A DNA stretch of 63,982 nucleotides, counting the filler, from Octopus bimaculoides (Eukaryota): the NCBI RefSeq assembly GCF_001194135.2. It is 6 parts of 6 records of this genome, joined end to end, with 100 filler letters (N's around TTAATTAATTAA, not from the genome) between each part and the next. Parts side by side here need not be neighbours in the genome. Positions count along the whole stretch, not along the records: positions 1 to 13,834 come from NC_068992.1; positions 13,935 to 21,352 come from NC_068990.1; positions 21,453 to 33,871 come from NC_068994.1; 3 more parts are not named here. The stretch is one strand, 5' to 3'. Numbering within the stretch: position 1 is the first letter of the stretch; every line of letters starts with the position of its first letter. Below the pieces are notes generated by a model that saw nothing but the letters and a program-made list of their open reading frames with translations, searched no databases and was not told where the DNA came from. A program made the position numbers and the translations under genes. Below, piece after piece: positions 12,292 to 26,350 of this stretch.

Positions 12292-12445
12292 CGACAGGCT
12301 TCTTTCAGTTTCCGTCTACCAAATCCACTCTCAAGGGTTTGGTCAGCCCAAGGCTATAGTAGAAGACACTTGCCCAAGGTGCCACGCAGTGGGACTGAAC
12401 CCAGAACCATGTGGTTTGTAAGCAAGCAACTTACCACACAGCCAC
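11893..12445. mobile_element. Two SINE family C copies in inverted orientation (+ head 11893-12040; - full copy 12041-12445)
   Basis: ggctgtgtggtaag...ggaaactgaaagaagc on + and its reverse complement at about 12295-12445. Confidence 0.8.
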
Positions 12446-13518
12446 TCTTACACCTATACAAGAAAAATATGAGTTAGAGGTTATGCAACCGTCTAAGGGA
12501 TAAATGTATCCATAGGCACTACTGGTGTATTACCTCACTATGTATAGTCCTAGCTATGAGATATACAATAAATGGTTCTGAACTACAATTAAACTATGAC
12601 CTTTTAATACCAATGATCAACTTCTCAGTTTATTATTTCTCCATTTCTTTTCTTTTGTATGCTTGTGTGTGTGTGTGTGTGTGTGGTTGTGTCTTTGTGT
12701 TTGTGTTTGTCCTCCCACAACTGCGAGGTAACTGGTGCAGGTGTGTTTACATCCCTGTAACTTAGCGGTTCAGCAAAACAGAATGAAGGAATAAGTGCCA
12801 GGCTAAAAAAAAAAGAGGACTGAGGTTGATTCCTTCGACTAAAAATTCAAGGCAGTGCCCCAGCAAGTTTGCAGACTGAGAAAAGTAAAAGACAAAATCT
12901 TCATCATCATCATGGTTCAATGCCCATGTTCCATCCTGCCATGGGTTGTTTCCAAGGGCTACATCCAGCTCCAGTGTCTGCCATGGCATGGTAGGATGCC
13001 GTTACTAATGCCAACCATTCTACAGAATGGATTGGGTGCTCTTCTCATGGCACTTGTGCCACTGAGGTTGCCATGCTGTTCACAGGACTGTGAAACCATG
13101 TGGGAGAGGGGGGTTGAAGGGGTCAGCTTCATGCCAAGGGTGGAAGGCAGAGCAGGTACCTGTAGAAGGGTCTGTATGGCTACTCACATCTTGTAAGGGA
13201 AAAGGGGAGAGAGAAAGAGAAATGGTCAGCAGGAGCTGCAGGAGGTACATAATGGCGATCGATGAGGTACCCAGATGCCCCCCACCTCACGCACACACAC
13301 AAGATACAAGCTGAGTAGAAGTGGGTGGGTGGTTTGTAAGATTGGTATGGGAAGATGAATGAGGGGTGGCGAAGTATACTGTGAAAATGGGTAGGGCAGA
13401 AAGATGGATGAAACAAGAATTATGAGTTGAGGAAGATAGAGGGATGCAGAAGAGTGTAGGGAGCAAACAAAAAGGGTAGCAAAGACCATACAGTTGCCAG
13501 GGCAGTAGGGATAAAAAG

Positions 13519-13730
13519 TAGCGAGCTGACAGAATCGTTAGCACGCCGCATGAAATGCTTAGCAGTATTTTGTCTGTCTTTATGTTCTGAGTTCAAATTC
13601 TGCCGAGGTCCACTCTGCCTTTCATCCTTTTGGGGTCGATAAATTAAGTACCAGATGCGTACTGGTTTCAATCTAATCAACTGGCCCCCCTCCCCCAAAA
13701 TTTTGGTCCTTGTGCCTAGAATAGAAAAAA
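13519..13730 (+). mobile_element. CORE-type SINE family A
   Basis: Head, CORE and ccccaaaatt...gcctagaatagaaaa tail variant. Confidence 0.8.
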
Positions 13731-13938
13731 AAAATAAAAGATGACGTGGTCGGGTAGTCTGAGGGAGTTGATGGAGAAGAGGGGGGAAGAGGCATGAAGA
13801 CAAGATGTGAGTAGCCATAGAGATCCTTCTACAGNNNNNNNNNNNNNNNNNNNNNNNNNNNNNNNNNNNNNNNNNNNNTTAATTAATTAANNNNNNNNNN
13901 NNNNNNNNNNNNNNNNNNNNNNNNNNNNNNNNNNATAC

Positions 13939-13988
<50 letters not shown>

Positions 13989-14110
13989 GAGAGGGATAGG
14001 GAGAGAAAGCGTGTGCGCATATGAGTTTATATATGTAATGATCGAATAAATGAGTGTGGATAGCTGAATAATTCAGTTGTTTAAAGGTAAACCAAACGAG
14101 AGAGAGAGAA

Positions 14111-14187
<77 letters not shown>

Positions 14188-14956
14188 GAGACACGAAAAG
14201 AGGTTATGTATGTGTTAGTGTATGGAACCTTTAAATTATTCATTGGTTCCGTTACTCTGTCAAAATTAATAGAGACGTCCCAAAGTGTGACGTTGGATCA
14301 ACGTAGATGGAGAACGGAGAACCCAGTTTGGAAAACTGTGACTGGATATTCGGCTTCAAAGTCATCTCCCGGTTTCAAACGTAATTGCATTTAAGAACAT
14401 CTCATATCTTCCATCAAGATATCTGATTTTAACTTTGATCGTAGCAGTCAGTTAATGCAGCAGAGCTCCGTTGCAAAATTGATGCTATAATGCATGGTGA
14501 GAAGAATGTAACACTAGTCATTTGACAGTTACGTTTTAAGCCTCCCGCGGAGTGTATGTGCGTCCGGTAATATATGAGTGTGTATGTGCGTGTGTGTGTG
14601 CGTATATGTGTGTACGTTTTTATGCGCTTGTGTGTGTCTGTGTGTGGGTGTGTGTGCGTGCGAGAGGGAGAGAAGTTAGTGATATTGTATATAAGAGAGA
14701 GTTTTGATCAAAATTCTATTTGTATTATTTGTCTGTGTGAATTGGTGTGCATGTATTTTAATGTTGAAAGATTACTGTGCATAACAGCACAGTGCATGCG
14801 TATATGTTTTTAATTATTATCATATGTGTTTCCAACCATTCATGTATATGAGCTTATTGTTTTCTTTCAGTATTAAATATGCAGTTACTATGAGTAAAAA
14901 ATGCTGCAATTGACGTGTAATTACGTTTACATAGATACACATGCGTGACGTTTCTG

Positions 14957-15019
<63 letters not shown>

Positions 15020-15489
15020 TATATATAGATGATGGATGCATATGTGCATTTACATACCTATATGTCTCTGTGAATTTGTATGTAAATGAATGGATGTGTC
15101 TGTGTGTCTATGTGTGTAGCCTGATTGAAGCAGACGCAGTAATGGCTGGCTGCGTATCCCGTAAATGTCCTGCATAAGGTTTAGATAAAACAGAATACCG
15201 ACTTAATGGGTGAAGCACTGTGGATAGGATTATTGCTTATTGGCAACGGCACGATGATTTATTAAAAAAGCATCCAAGTTAAGTTTCGTTGCATAAACAG
15301 CTGGATATTATCGAAGGATTGTTAAGTTTTACGAGTGATAATAACTGGGATTGGGGATTACTGGTTTTGTGGTTAATAGTGATTGCCAGATTAGAGTCTG
15401 TAGAAGAATAGAGGTCGAACAGAAATCTGCAAAAGCGCAAGTAGATGGGGATTGAAGCGTTGTGTTTTAAATGGTAATACATTCATATC

Positions 15490-15830
15490 TGACGGAGAAA
15501 TAATATCGCCAACATTTCAGCTAAATTAATATCTTCTTTATACTATGAACAGTATCATTACAATCGACAAGAACAACTTTGCACCAACAAAGGAATTACT
15601 GTGCATTACCTCGACCTGCTAGATATAGAAATCAAATTTCCATTAAATGATATCCTGCTATCTTACAAAAGGAGAAGACATATTAGATACCCCTAAAATA
15701 TATGGCCACTTGTTCGATCAGGGTTCACATATGTCCCTCCAACAAACACAACAACAGCAATTACTTACAAAGACACATCACGTTTATAACTATCTGCTCA
15801 AACAGTTGGAGCAGAATTTACGGGAAATTA
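15490..15830 (+). pseudogene. Highly degenerate reverse-transcriptase remnant, possibly Penelope-like
   Basis: Broken translations ANISAKL..LYYE and VHYLDLLDIEIK...SYK resemble PLE RT motifs (A.L.L..YE; FLD..I). Confidence 0.3.
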
Positions 15831-16016
15831 TGAATATTGAATAACAGGAATACTTGATCAGCAATGTTTTACTATGCTCGATGAATCAACGATAAACGAG
15901 CGAAAAGGACGAGAGTATGCACATTTTGACGTCAAAGTCTCAGTACATATATCTATCTTTGTGCAAATGAGTGTGTGCTTGTGTGAGAGCACGTGTCAAA
16001 CAGAAATGACAGGATA

Positions 16017-16250
16017 AAGGCGAGCTGGCAGAAAGGTTAGCACGACGGGCGAAATGCTTAGCGATATTTCGTCTGCCGTTACGTTCTGAGTTCAAATTCC
16101 GCCGAGGTCGACTTTACCTTTCATCCTTTCGGGCTCGATTAAATAAGTACCAGATACGCACTGGGGTCGATGTAATCGACTTAATCCCTTTGTCTGTCCT
16201 TGTTTGTTCCCTCTATGTTCAGCCCCTGGTGGGCAATAAAGAAATAAGAA
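16017..16250 (+). mobile_element. CORE-type SINE family A
   Basis: Near-consensus full-length copy. Confidence 0.85.
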
Positions 16251-16454
16251 ATGACAGGATAAATACAGCGTCAAAAAAAAAAAAAAATTGTGGCATTTTG
16301 TTACTTTTATTTATGCCTATGTTGACTTTACCTGTTGCCCTCGTTAGATGATCATTCAACCTACAGGTAATGTTCCGGAGTTGATAATATTAACTAAAAC
16401 TTTTTCAAGGTGATGCCTCAACCTTTTCACAGTCCTAGACTGAGAACAGTTAAA

Positions 16455-16836
16455 GTTGTTGGCCCTCCGTCGCTTACGACGACGAGGGTTCCAGTTGATC
16501 CGATTAACGGAACAGCCTGCTCGTGAAATTAACGTGCAAGTGGTTGAGCACTCCACAGACACGTGTACACTTAACGTAGTTCTCTGGGAGATTCAGCGTG
16601 ACACAGTGTGACAAAGCTGACCCTTTGAATTATAGGCACTACAGAAGCAGGAAGTAAGAGTGAGAGAAAGTTGTGGTGAAAGAGTACAGCAGGGTTCGCC
16701 ACCATCCCCTGCCAGAGCCTCGTGGAGCTTTAGGTGTTTTTGCTCAATAAACACTCACAACGCCCGGTCTGGGAATCGAAACCGCGATCCTATGACCACG
16801 AGTCCGCTGCCCTAACCACTAGGCCATTGTGCCTCC
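16455..16836 (-). mobile_element. tRNA-derived SINE family B (long tail variant)
   Basis: Minus-strand head ggaggcacaatggcctagtggttagggcagcggactcg...ggtttcgattcccagacc with A/B boxes; matches 36820-37432 and 38147-38445. Confidence 0.85.
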
Positions 16837-17123
16837 ACACAGTTAAAGAATAAAGGAATATATACATTTCCGATGAAAGGGATACAAGCAGCATTAGTGA
16901 ACTGAAATAACAGTAATGAAAGCTATGAAAATAATTACTGTTCCAAACAAAGTTCCTTGGGGAGGGGTTGGTCAATAGTATTGACCCCATTGTCGATTGA
17001 CTTGTATTTGATTTGATCGACTCAGGAGGGGCGAGAAGTAAGATTAACCACGCTGGATTTGAGTTGAGAAAGTAAAGAGCTGGAAAAAATACTGCAAACA
17101 ACACAGCTAATCTATCAAACTAT

Positions 17124-17216
<93 letters not shown>

Positions 17217-17231
17217 TAATAATAATAATAA
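17124..17231. repeat. Compound (ACT)n(AAT)n microsatellite
   Basis: Direct reading. Confidence 0.95.
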
Positions 17232-18318
17232 TCCTGATCGGGTAACAACAAAGGAAGGGATATTAAATGCGCGGGTTGTCAAATTGCAAGGGTTTATCTA
17301 AAACACGAAGGAGAAAATGAAAGTGAAAGTATATACGGTATACAAAATGATACGCTTTTCTAGAATGAACATATGACCGAGAAACAATTAAAGAACTCTA
17401 CAGATTTTGACTGTGATGGATTAGTGCTCTTTCTCCGCTGCTTTCCACGGATTACAAGTGTGTACTGAGAATAGATATATCCGCTTGGGCCTTGTTCCCT
17501 ACTTTCACATAACTTTTAATAACTCTGCTAGAGGACAGCATACCCTATGTAAGTTCTCCAACCTCTCCAAGTAACTTTTGAAAAGTTGATGAGGTTTTGA
17601 CCGAAGAATAAAATATCTTTGCACTCGTGTCCAACACATAGATACAAGTCAGAGAAAAACTGAATGTCCTTTCAACAAAAGATGGCGGTGAGCTGAATTT
17701 CACGACTCAACAAATGACTAATATAAAACCAATCACGAACGCTTCTGCATGCTACAAATAAACTAGAAACAATGCCCTTTGTATGAATTTCTTGAAAATA
17801 TTCAGAAGGAAAACCATCAATAGGTCTAAATGCCTAGTACAAACTATTGAAATTCTTGGGATAAGATTTAGTCGCAAATTTTAATAAAAGTGTTTCATAA
17901 ACCTAGCCAAGACATAAATTAGTACAAAGTTTGATAAATAAATTTCCAAAATTACCAACAGAAGAGCCAAACTATCTAAAACTAAGAACAGTAAACTGGA
18001 TATTTTACATTTATCTTTTATCTTTCACTTATTTCACTCACTGCACTGTGGCCATACTGGAGCACCGCCTTGAATGGTTTAGTCGAATATATCGAATGTA
18101 GGACTTATTTTTTAAGCCTGGGAGGTATGCTATCAATATCTTTGGTCGAACAGCTAAGTTACGGGTACATAAACAAACCAACACCAGTTATATGGTCTCG
18201 TGCATATCACCTGTGGTAATAGTGGGCGGAAACTGAAAGAAGCCCGTCGTATATAAGTGAAACCACTGAAGCTAATAAATACTTTTAAAAAAACTCCTGC
18301 ATTGTCAGATTCTTTTCC

Positions 18319-18384
<66 letters not shown>

Positions 18385-18386
<2 letters not shown>

Positions 18387-18693
18387 AGGCGCAATGGCTC
18401 AGTGGTTAGGGCAGTGGACTCGCGGTCAGAGGATCGCGGTTTCGATTCCCAGACCGGGTGTTGTGTGTATTTATTGAGCGAAGACACCTAAAGCTCCACG
18501 AGGCTCCGGCAGGGGGTAGTCGCGACCCCTGTTGTACTCATTCGCCCCACCTTTCTCTCACTCTTTCTTCTTGTTTCTTGAGTAAAGCTGCGATGGACTG
18601 GCGTCCCGTCCAACTGGGGGGGGGACACACATACGCCATAGAAACCGGGAAAACGGGCCCATGAGCCTGGCTAGGTTTTAAAAGGGCGCATAA

Positions 18694-18743
<50 letters not shown>
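18385..18743 (+). mobile_element. SINE family B variant with V-domain-like segment and (AAT)n tail
   Basis: tRNA-like head ggaggcgcaatggctcagtggttagg...ggtttcgattccc; then gctgcgatggactggcgtcccgtcca...gaaaccggg; (AAT)n tail. Confidence 0.8.
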
Positions 18744-18745
<2 letters not shown>

Positions 18746-19282
18746 TATCTATATCGACTTACGGCCACAGTTGGTTCCGACTGACTGGTCGTAAGTCGAT
18801 TTGATCGTAAGTCGGCCTACATAGCTTTGTTTTCTATTTTTATATTCTTAAGGTACATACTCAGGTAAAAGTCACACACAGTATTCTGTATATTATACTG
18901 GCATTAGTCAAAAATCTTAGTCTCAAACAAATACGAGGTTGCCTCGAAGTCTCCGTGACAAGATATTCATCCAACATTTGGAATGACCACAGTCGGGATC
19001 GATAACCAAAAGGCAGATATAAAATGACTTCTAATTGAATAATGTGTGGGTAACAGTTCTCTCATAAGACGGGATACGAGCATTTCAAAGGGTGAACTGA
19101 TATTTATGAAGAGCTGTGTAGTGCTAATAATGGCTGGTTATTTATTAACGCTCTTCATTGCTAAAAACAAAAAACACACACTGAATTATGTTTCTTTTAT
19201 AATTTTCATTCCTTCGTTGTATCTTTTCTGCTCCCTTCTTTTTTGCTATCTCCCTCCCACTTTCCCTCTCTCCTTCTTCCTC

Positions 19283-19321
<39 letters not shown>

Positions 19322-21096
19322 TCTCTTTACCTTATCCTGTTCCCGAACTCTCTCTGTTTTCTATTACGTTATGATTAAAACGAAGCTCCAAATCCTTTTA
19401 GCTACCTCTTCCTATATCATACGTACAAATTCTTTCCCTGCTTATACACACACACNNNNNNNNNNNNNNNNNNNNNNNNNNNNNNNNNNNNNNNNNNNNN
19501 NNNNNNNNNNNNNNNNNNNNNNNNNNNNNNNNNNNNNNNNNNNNNNNNNNNNNNNNNNNNNNNNNNNNNNNNNNNNNNNNNNNNNNNNNNNNNNNNNNNN
19601 NNNNNNNNNNNNNNNNNNNNNNNNNNNNNNNNNNNNNNNNNNNNNNNNNNNNNNNNNNNNNNNNNNNNNNNNNNTATATATATATATATATATTTGCTTT
19701 CTAGCAATCGCTCTTATATTCCCTTATTTTCCTTAGTGGATTTGTTTCTTTACAAATTGTTTCCAGTGATGCCTCATGCACTAAGGTTACTTTAAATCAT
19801 ATACAAGTAATAAAAATATTTTTCATTGTAGTTAACCCTATTCACGTTCCACACTCTCTTTTCAATTTCGCTTCATCTATTCATCTCTCATTTCTGAAAC
19901 ACATTTAAACCTCTTTACAGAATTGTTTCACAGTTGTAATCTTTCTTCTCTGCTTCCACATTCTCCCCACCCCTCCTGCCTCTCTCTGGTTTTGTATCAT
20001 TTGTCTTGATTATTGTGAAACATGTCATAACAAAGGACGACACTCTTCGACAATGATGTCCCATTTCTTTCCCCTTATTCATCCTTCATATTCGGCAAGG
20101 TTAGCATCTCCCCTCTGTCATTACTAGCCTTATATTGTACATAGTCTTTCGTCACACTTTCCATTCAGTGCACACCTATGTATGTGTATGATTCAACTTA
20201 CCATTCTGACATACACGTGATGGTCTCTATGATATCATTCTGTAATATTCCAAGATTATACATCTATGGGCATTTTCATCTTGCAAAGAGAATTTTAGTT
20301 TTGAGCTAAGAGGAAAATTATTCTTGGAAATATGAAATGAAAATCATTAATACTCAATGACTAAAGACCAGAATATCTGAACATAAGGAAGGGTGTGTAC
20401 GTCAGAAAAAGGAAAGTAGGGAACTTAAAACGAAGAGTTTTCTTGATAATAGAGTTTCATTAACATATCCTGCCGGTTACATTCTGTCTTCAAAAACTTA
20501 ACGCATACAAGATTAATCCATTCATGCATAGATTCATTCATTACTTATTAACAGTGGGAGAATGGATACAATTTTCATAGCTATAATACCAGGTTATCTT
20601 GCTGACTGTTAAATCCAGCACCATTTACTTGGTACAGAAAAAACAAAGCAATATGTGACGCAAGGATTCTCAACATTCATCAGAGTCGCTTACCTCCCTC
20701 TCAATTAACTAATCTGCGAGGAATACATCTTCAAATAAAACTGAATATATGTTTATTGATCTTATTGCATATGTTTACTTATCTTATTTCTATGAATAAA
20801 TTTATTCAGAAGAACCCCGTAACAGTCCTATTGATCCATGATGTAGATCAGTTTACGCCAGTAATAATTTTTTGTTTGCGATTTTTGATAAAAGATATGC
20901 TCTTCGTAAATTCAGAAGTTTCGCTGTGAAGTAAGCGACATTGAAGACTCTCAAGAACGAAGAAACTTTTGCCGATTTATTCGCCATCCTCAGCTGGCAC
21001 AGTTCCTTTGGTTTATTCAGTTAGAATAGATATAAGTTTATATAAATAATGTGCTGTCAATTTTGTTACATACATACATACGTACAGTCATGTATC

Positions 21097-21190
<94 letters not shown>

Positions 21191-21285
21191 CATCTATATA
21201 TCTATCTATCTATCTATCTACCTATCTATCTAACTATCTATCTATCTATATATATATCTATCTATCTATCTATCTATCTATCTAC

Positions 21286-21352
<67 letters not shown>
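21097..21352. repeat. (ATCT)n microsatellite
   Basis: About 60 units, runs into a gap. Confidence 0.95.
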
Positions 21353-21452
21353 NNNNNNNNNNNNNNNNNNNNNNNNNNNNNNNNNNNNNNNNNNNNTTAA
21401 TTAATTAANNNNNNNNNNNNNNNNNNNNNNNNNNNNNNNNNNNNNNNNNNNN

Positions 21453-21671
21453 CACCATTTCGAGCGTGGCCGTTTTCGTGCGGGGGACACGTAAAAGCAC
21501 CCACTACACTCTCTGAGTGGTTGGCGTTAGGAAGGGCATCCAGCTGTAGAAACTCTGCCAAATCAGATTGGAGCCTGGTGTTGCCATCCGGTTTCACCAG
21601 TCCTCAGTCAAATCGTCCAACCCATGCTAGCATGGAAAGCGGACGTTAAACGATGATGATGATGATGATGA
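21453..21671 (+). mobile_element. SINE-like family D, 3' part with (GAT)n tail
   Basis: ggttggcgttaggaagggcatccagctgtagaaactctgcc...ccatgctagcatggaaagcggacgttaaac(gat)n. About 10 copies. The central motif resembles the MetaSINE domain as recalled (not verified). Confidence 0.8.
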
Positions 21672-24600
21672 TACAAACATAAACTCATATAACATATTAT
21701 ATTGTGAAATTTATCTCCTGTATTTCCAACACTAATTTTCTTTAACTTATATAAATATAAAAAGCAAACTCAATTTCCTCAGTTACAGCAATAGCAAAAG
21801 CAAAATGTCAATTTTACTGTTTCAAACTATGCTTGCTCAACAATATCCAGCTTTTACTGTTCTACAAAATCTAATGTGCTCTACAATCTAATACATTATA
21901 TCTCAAAAGTATTATTTTGATTGCACTATAGTATTATATTTTGTCTTGCTGTATATCACATTTTGGTTCATAATATCACAATTTGGCATGTCATGTCATA
22001 CAATAATTTGCTTGTCCTACAATATAATAATATAGCTGCCCTAATATTACATGTTGTCATGGCATATAACATTACACTTTTGTCCAAACATCAGTATTAT
22101 ATTTTAGATGCCCTCCAGTATCACTATTTGAACTGCAGTACGATCTCATCATTTACCCTATAATATAAGCTGCTCTTCAATATTACAATATTTGGTCTAC
22201 CTAGTGTCTTTGCCAGATACAACACAGCACAGGTGAGAGTATGTGACCCATAGACAATCTAATGAACAATGTTAACTGATACTTTTACCAAGAAGAATGC
22301 TGTTTCAATATATAAAAACTATTTCTCATTTCAACCAATACATTCAACTAACATGTTTTACTGATGTTTAATTAACATTACACTTTACAGATAATCGTTA
22401 ACTTTTTCCTAGTGCTGTATAGTTCTGAGTTAAAATCTAACTAAAGTCAGCTTTACTTTTTATCGTTTTTGTTATGATAATAATTATCAGTATTATATGA
22501 AGTGTTAATTCCATTAACATTGCTTTTCACAGGTAAAATGGTAGCATCATTATTAAAAAAAAAAAGAAAAGAATTGATACTGTATCTTTTACTTTAGTTC
22601 TTTTAAAATGATTCTAGATCAGTCAATCCTAAGACCCATGCCCATACACACACATACCCCAAAAATTACATATTTGGGCTTATTTAGGCTTATTTTACAG
22701 CAAATCTACAATGGCAAAGAGACAATCTTTCTAATACTAGTTTGAGTGTTTATTTTATGCAAATAATTCCAAGGGTAATTAGGAGGAAATAAGAAAAAAA
22801 AAATCTATATCTATTAAAGTATTCTTGCTGTTCAGGACTAATGATACCAGTTGGTAGTCCCAGCATAAATCAAAAGAGGAGCAGATCTGCACAAATATGC
22901 AACTACTGAAGTTTCAACTATGACATACATTTCACACAAGTAACATAATTTCTTTTCAATCAGCCTCATACGTTAAATAAAACTGTTGTGAAAGTACGAA
23001 ACAAAAATAAAAACAAAAAAAAAAACTGATGGTCATCCTTGATAAGCCTAAACTAAAGTTTTAGTTGGCAGTATGAACATTCAAAAGCCAACCATGTCAT
23101 ATGAGAATTTCTATGCTCAAAACCAAGGAGTAACATCTAACTTAGCTTATATATGGAATGCAATGAATAGCTTTAGAAATGTTGCAGAAGTTTCCCAAGT
23201 ACAAGCAACAAATTAAGTGTACTACATGTATTAGTGCCATGTCATCAGCCAAAGTAAGGAGGTTATGTAAATAATAAGGTAAATATATTACAGATTGAAA
23301 CAAAGCTACTGTTACTTTGTAAGTCACAGAGAATATGGAAGAAGTTTGGGGAATTCTATTAGTCAATGATAAAAGGAAAATTTTTTTCATATGAAAAAGT
23401 CGCTTATTTATATTTTTATGACTTAGAAGAGGAAGAGCAGCAACCATCATATATTTAAAGGCCTCCAAGACTGGAAGCTAGAAAGAAGATAGTTTTAGAT
23501 CAGAGACCTGGTCCGAATGCTTGCAACTGACTGGGGTCTGCTAAAGGTACTCAAAGGCCAGGTGATGATGGTGGAGTTCATCAGGACAAAGGTACCATCA
23601 GTCTGACAGGCCTCAGCTTGATATCACTCATAAGGCTGAGCTAAGGCAATGGAAAAAGATATTTGTTGAAAGTATTATGCACTAGGATCAAAGCTATGAA
23701 GTGAATTTCTTTGTTGAATGTTGTAGGGCAGTAAAACAAGAAGTAAAAGCAGTGAAACTGCAGTAACTAGATAAGAGCAAATATATTGTTAAATGTGCAA
23801 TATGAACTCAACCACAATGATTGGAGTTTACAAGTAACACAAATGGATGATGTATTCTGCTGGTAAAAAATATCCTTAAATGAGGGCATATAACAGAAGA
23901 ATTGATATGGGGTAGTTAGATTACACTTCAAGAGATTGGAATGTATACATTAGAAAGCACAGAATTAAGCCAATTAAGTTTTCATCCTGCTACAATTACT
24001 GGTCTGTGGTTATTGTATAATTTGGATTTCAGTGGGAACTACACTGACTTAATATATAGCTATTTTTACAATTAGTGTTGTGCAATGTAGATTATAAACC
24101 TTCAAGAACAGAAAAATTACATCCTAAATTATTTTTTGTCATTAGACTACTGTTACTGTATTAATCAGTATTTATTCAATACTTACAGAACTTTCTCTTT
24201 AAAAATGTTTATTAAGGCCTTCAATACTTTAGCTAATATTTAACATTCAACCATTATGTGACCATATTTCAAATGTTTATCATTAAACTCGTGTTTGAAA
24301 CATAACTTAACAAAAAGATTCTTTCATGAATTTGACAGATTTTAATTTAAGATGAAAGGTTTTGTATCATAAAACCAGAAATCTCAGGCTATTTTTAACC
24401 CAACCTTCATTGCCCATTCATAGCACATGTCCACACAAGGCAGAGTCATCTTTCTTGTATACATTGGGTAACGTCTGTATGAACGCACACACACACACAA
24501 CAAGTAATATAATTCCAATTACATATACTTATTTTAATCTTAATTAATTTCAGCAGTGTAATATTGAAATTTAATTTATGGAAATCATGTAAGTTATTTT

Positions 24601-26229
24601 GATTTTTTCAAATCATATAGAAATTTAAAGAGAATCAAATCAGAACAATAATAAGAAAGAAGGGAATTAGAATGTTGAATGGATTCAGTCTCTTTTATTT
24701 TCTTCTCCATAGGACTTAACAGCAGTTTTTACTTTAGTTGTTACTTGAATTCAAATGTTGATGGAGAAGTCACTTGAATTTGAGCAACAGTATTTATATA
24801 TTATTTTATTGAGGGTGCATATTGTTTTATCCTAACCATAACCTAAAGTTTCACACTGGCTGGCAGTATTTAAAATAGTCTTCAATAATATACAAAATAT
24901 ATTATTCTACAATGTGTGTTGAATTTTCTTTACTTTGTCAATAACACAAACTTACAAATACCATACACTGGAATGGTGTGTATAAACATCCTAAAATATA
25001 TCCACTGTATTTAAGAACTCAATTATTAATACACCGTTAAACTTGAATACATAATAGCATTATAACGAATACTAGTGGAGCAAATTTACTTGTATATATA
25101 GAATCAGATAAAATGATAGTTCAGAGCAACATATTTAGAAAAGCAGAAAATCATAAATTTTATATATGATTCAGAGTTTGATTTTCTCTACAGCTATTTC
25201 AATTGATAGAGTAAATTATCATTTATATAATTATGTAATTAACTACCATAATTAATTTAATGCAATGGGCTATCCAGTTTCTCAGAAAACATCATTCATT
25301 CCCTCTGAAATTTTTTCCTTTCCTCTTTATTGTTTTCTCTTTGGGTTTTATTTTATCTGTCTTTTTTTCTTCTCCCTATCTCATTAATTATTTAAAACAG
25401 CAACAGCATTTTGATTTCCATTTTTCAATTTTTTTTCTCTTGAGGAAATTGTTAATCATTCACATTAAATGTGATAATTAAATAATTATATATGTTAATT
25501 ACATAATCACATAAATGATGATGCTTTTACTCTATCTATTGAAACAGCTGTAGAGATGCTTTTCTGATTTTTACTATTCAATGTGTGTGTGTGTGTTGTC
25601 TAAGACAGTATCTTAAATACAACACAAAGAAATAATGGAAATACAAAGTTAATAAATTAGTACATGCGGGGATAAAGAAAAGTACATGAATCTTCTTACA
25701 TTTTGAACTGTCTTTTGTCAAAAAAAGAAAAAGGAAGGAATAAAAAAGCAAAAAAAAAATCATGTGCATATGAGTTTATAATCATGAAACAAAAGTGGTA
25801 AGGATAGGAAAAGGAATTTTATAACAAAGAGAGTGATAGTGAAGGGAAGTACAGGGTAAAGTGGCTTATTTGCAAGTGTGTATAATGTGTATATGTGTAT
25901 GCATGTGTTTAGTGAATTATGGTGGTGTGGATGGTATGTGTACAGGTATGTGAAGAGAATAGCATATGTGTGAAATTTTTGTGGGTGTATGCAGCCAAAA
26001 AAAAACAAAGAGCAATCAAGCTTGTTATTTAACCTGTGAGGTTGAGTTAATCCACTTAAAAGATGAGTTGTTGTTCCCATCACACATGGGATATAGGAGA
26101 GCCATAGTATAAGACAAGATAAAAAATGGAGAGGTATCACAAAGAAGGATCTGATGAGCAGAAAAGGTGAGCAATGGGTGATCTACTGCTATTTAGTCAT
26201 ATATTTCTCAGATGCTCAGTTACTCAAGA

Positions 26230-26350
26230 GAAGGAACGGAGCCTATTTAATAAGGCAAACTGGAGTAAGTAGATTTGCTGAGAGAAATCAAAAAAAGGAT
26301 TAGTTCACAATGTGAAAGATAACAGATGGACCACAAATTAGATGACAATG
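26230..26350 (+). pseudogene. Short RTE-clade LINE ORF remnant
   Basis: Broken translation IRQTGV...KDNRWT resembles the RTE C-terminal IRxxTGV...DxRWT motif. Confidence 0.35.

Noticed and set aside
13879-13890. TTAATTAATTAA islands centred in 100-bp N blocks (also 21397, 33916, 54615, 59614)
   Set aside because: Identical 12-mer with stops in all six frames, symmetrically padded by N: a scaffolding linker, not biology.
17374-17396. MTEKQLK-encoding similarity between about 17374 and 29365
   Set aside because: Only about 23 bp, A-rich, both frames close quickly; likely chance or an old repeat.
17675-17693. AAGATGGCG|GTGAGC as another first exon
   Set aside because: ggcggtgagctg also matches the SINE A 5' end and no downstream coding exon was found.
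18385-18453. tRNA-like heads with A/B boxes (also 36820, 60105, 62065)
   Set aside because: Continue into SINE bodies and lack a complete cloverleaf; not tRNA genes.
18753-18800. 15-bp hairpin atcgacttacggcca/tggtcgtaagtcgat
   Set aside because: Resembles subterminal repeats of pogo/Tigger-like MITEs; ordinary transposon debris.
26150-26170. CTGATGAGCAGAAA as a hammerhead
   Set aside because: No helix II or helix I pairing possible.
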